Assembly: GCA_044892505.1 (NCBI GenBank)
Contig: CM097882.1
Span: 274,350,236-274,414,000 of the forward strand
Length of the DNA stretch: 63,765 nt
Direction: 5' to 3'
Source of the DNA: Schmidtea nova
Lineage: Eukaryota
In this document: positions 62,559-63,765 of the stretch, in pieces
Layout of the letters: each line of letters begins with the position of its first letter
Numbering within the stretch: the first letter of the stretch is position 1
Translations under genes and position numbers: made by a program
Notes under the pieces: generated by a model
What the model was told of the DNA's origin: nothing
Database searches by the model: none
The model's input: only the letters and a program-made list of their open reading frames with translations

Positions 62559-63765
62559 TGTAATCTACCAATACACAGCATACACCCCGAGTGTCCCCAC
62601 AACAATCGGGCTGACTCTCTCGGGATCTACAATTCTCCTCTACATCACACACTCAACAAACTAAAATCCAAATTAGAACTGCGCATAGACTATAATAACT
62701 GGTGTCAGAAGTCAACACACACACACACTCGCCGTTTTTTTCAAGCGTTAACGCCTTTAGAATACCTATTATAGAGGTATAAGGATTAACGTTACTTTTA
62801 GCCGAACACAGTAGGCTATATCCTTCAGTCAAGCTCATTTTTTTCACATAAAAAAACAACATAACAAACAACAACAATACAAATCAAATGGCATCAAATC
62901 AAACAAACTCAAATACCATACAAACACCCATTGACAACGAAAATACACAACCCCAACACCCAAACAACAATTTTTATTACAACGACGAAAACACCCAAAT
63001 ACAAAGGGAAAGTAGCCACTATTATTTTAACCCAGAAAACACTCACACAATTAATCCAATGATTAACCCAATCCCAAATTTTTTTATCAACGAAGAAGGT
63101 TCGGTGCAAACATGGTTGAAACTAGCCAAATTGACATTAACCTTGAGCGGGATAACCTCATCAAGACTAATATGCTCACAAATATTCACAGCACTCCCAA
63201 GCAATATACACAAATCAATTGCGGATCAAATAGACACAATTTTCAATTGCAATAACCCATTTGAAAAACTGTGCAGCATATTAGCAAATAGGGACGAAAC
63301 AAACAAAAAAGAAATACAGGAACCTTTCACAAACAACAGGCAAAAGGATAATACCCAAAATAATCTTTCAGGTCCACTAAAACAGAATTTTGAGTACGAC
63401 CAAACAAAATTAGCAAACATTGATGTAAATGAACGGAGATCATGCCAAACATTAGCAACTAAAAACAATGAAACCGAAAATAAAAGGTGGACAGACATGG
63501 TCGATAAAATAAATGCAGGAGATTACCCCAGTATTAATAGTACTCATGACTACAAAAACAAAATACTGAACCATGAACAAGATGAGAATGAAGACGAAAA
63601 AACAGAATTTAACGAAACAAATAAAATCCTAAATAACTTGATAAGTCAACTTGACAAAATCGCAACTGAAAATAAAAGGTTCAAATCAGAACTAAAAGAA
63701 ATTAAAGAAAAAAATCTAAAACAAAACTACTGTCCAAATCAAATATCGTACAGGCTCAATAGGCC
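62559..63765 (+). mobile_element. 5' end of a Gypsy (Mag-like) retrotransposon: short LTR ~62559-62699, tRNA-Leu PBS at 62700-62712
   Basis: TGTAAT start; PBS TGGTGTCAGAAGT is complementary to the 3' end of tRNA-Leu; a gag ORF follows. Confidence 0.75.
62888..63765 (+). CDS. gag: Gag-like ORF, open to the window edge (absent from the ORF track)
   Basis: At least 292 uninterrupted codons; PNFF...VQTWLKLAK...GITS...ALP...I...NPFEKLCSIL resembles the Gypsy Gag N-terminal (DUF7041-type) pattern. Confidence 0.7.
   Translation, partial: MASNQTNSNTIQTPIDNENTQPQHPNNNFYYNDENTQIQRESSHYYFNPENTHTINPMINPIPNFFINEEGSVQTWLKLAKLTLTLSGITSSRLICSQIFTALPSNIHKSIADQIDTIFNCNNPFEKLCSILANRDETNKKEIQEPFTNNRQKDNTQNNLSGPLKQNFEYDQTKLANIDVNERRSCQTLATKNNETENKRWTDMVDKINAGDYPSINSTHDYKNKILNHEQDENEDEKTEFNETNKILNNLISQLDKIATENKRFKSELKEIKEKNLKQNYCPNQISYRLNR

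Overview
This is a very AT-rich metazoan genomic window that is almost entirely mobile DNA. Short 38-56 nt introns and abundant Penelope and mariner relics would fit a planarian-like host, but that is inference only. The centrepiece is a complete 18.1 kb Polinton/Maverick (adintovirus-like) element at 19974-38108 with AGTAGT...ACTACT termini, TIRs over 1.1 kb and a 6-bp TSD (AAAATA). It encodes pPolB, an rve integrase, an A32-like ATPase, major and minor capsid proteins, an adenain protease and core proteins. It also carries unusual accessories: a TATA-binding-protein (TBP) homologue, a 5-exon orphan gene, an SSB-like ORF and tiny spliceosomal introns. Two long solo LTRs (1536-4154 and 14825-17594; TG...CA, 4-bp TSDs) each look like a self-contained mini-gene. 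Each has a TATA box, two arrays of covarying RNA hairpins whose loops carry PUF/Pumilio-type UGUANAUA or UGUGUAAU motifs, a conserved ~196-aa ORF (coiled coil, Arg/Lys-rich motif, acidic tail) and a polyA signal. A third, diverged homologue of that ORF lies at about 60.3-60.9 kb. Other elements are an intact hAT/Buster transposon, a mariner, Tigger, Merlin, piggyBac, Gypsy and Penelope remnants, a minimal hammerhead ribozyme, an HSP70 pseudogene and several tandem or palindromic repeats. N-runs mostly border tandem or low-complexity sequence and may be hard-masking rather than gaps. All alignments were done by eye, with no database searches.
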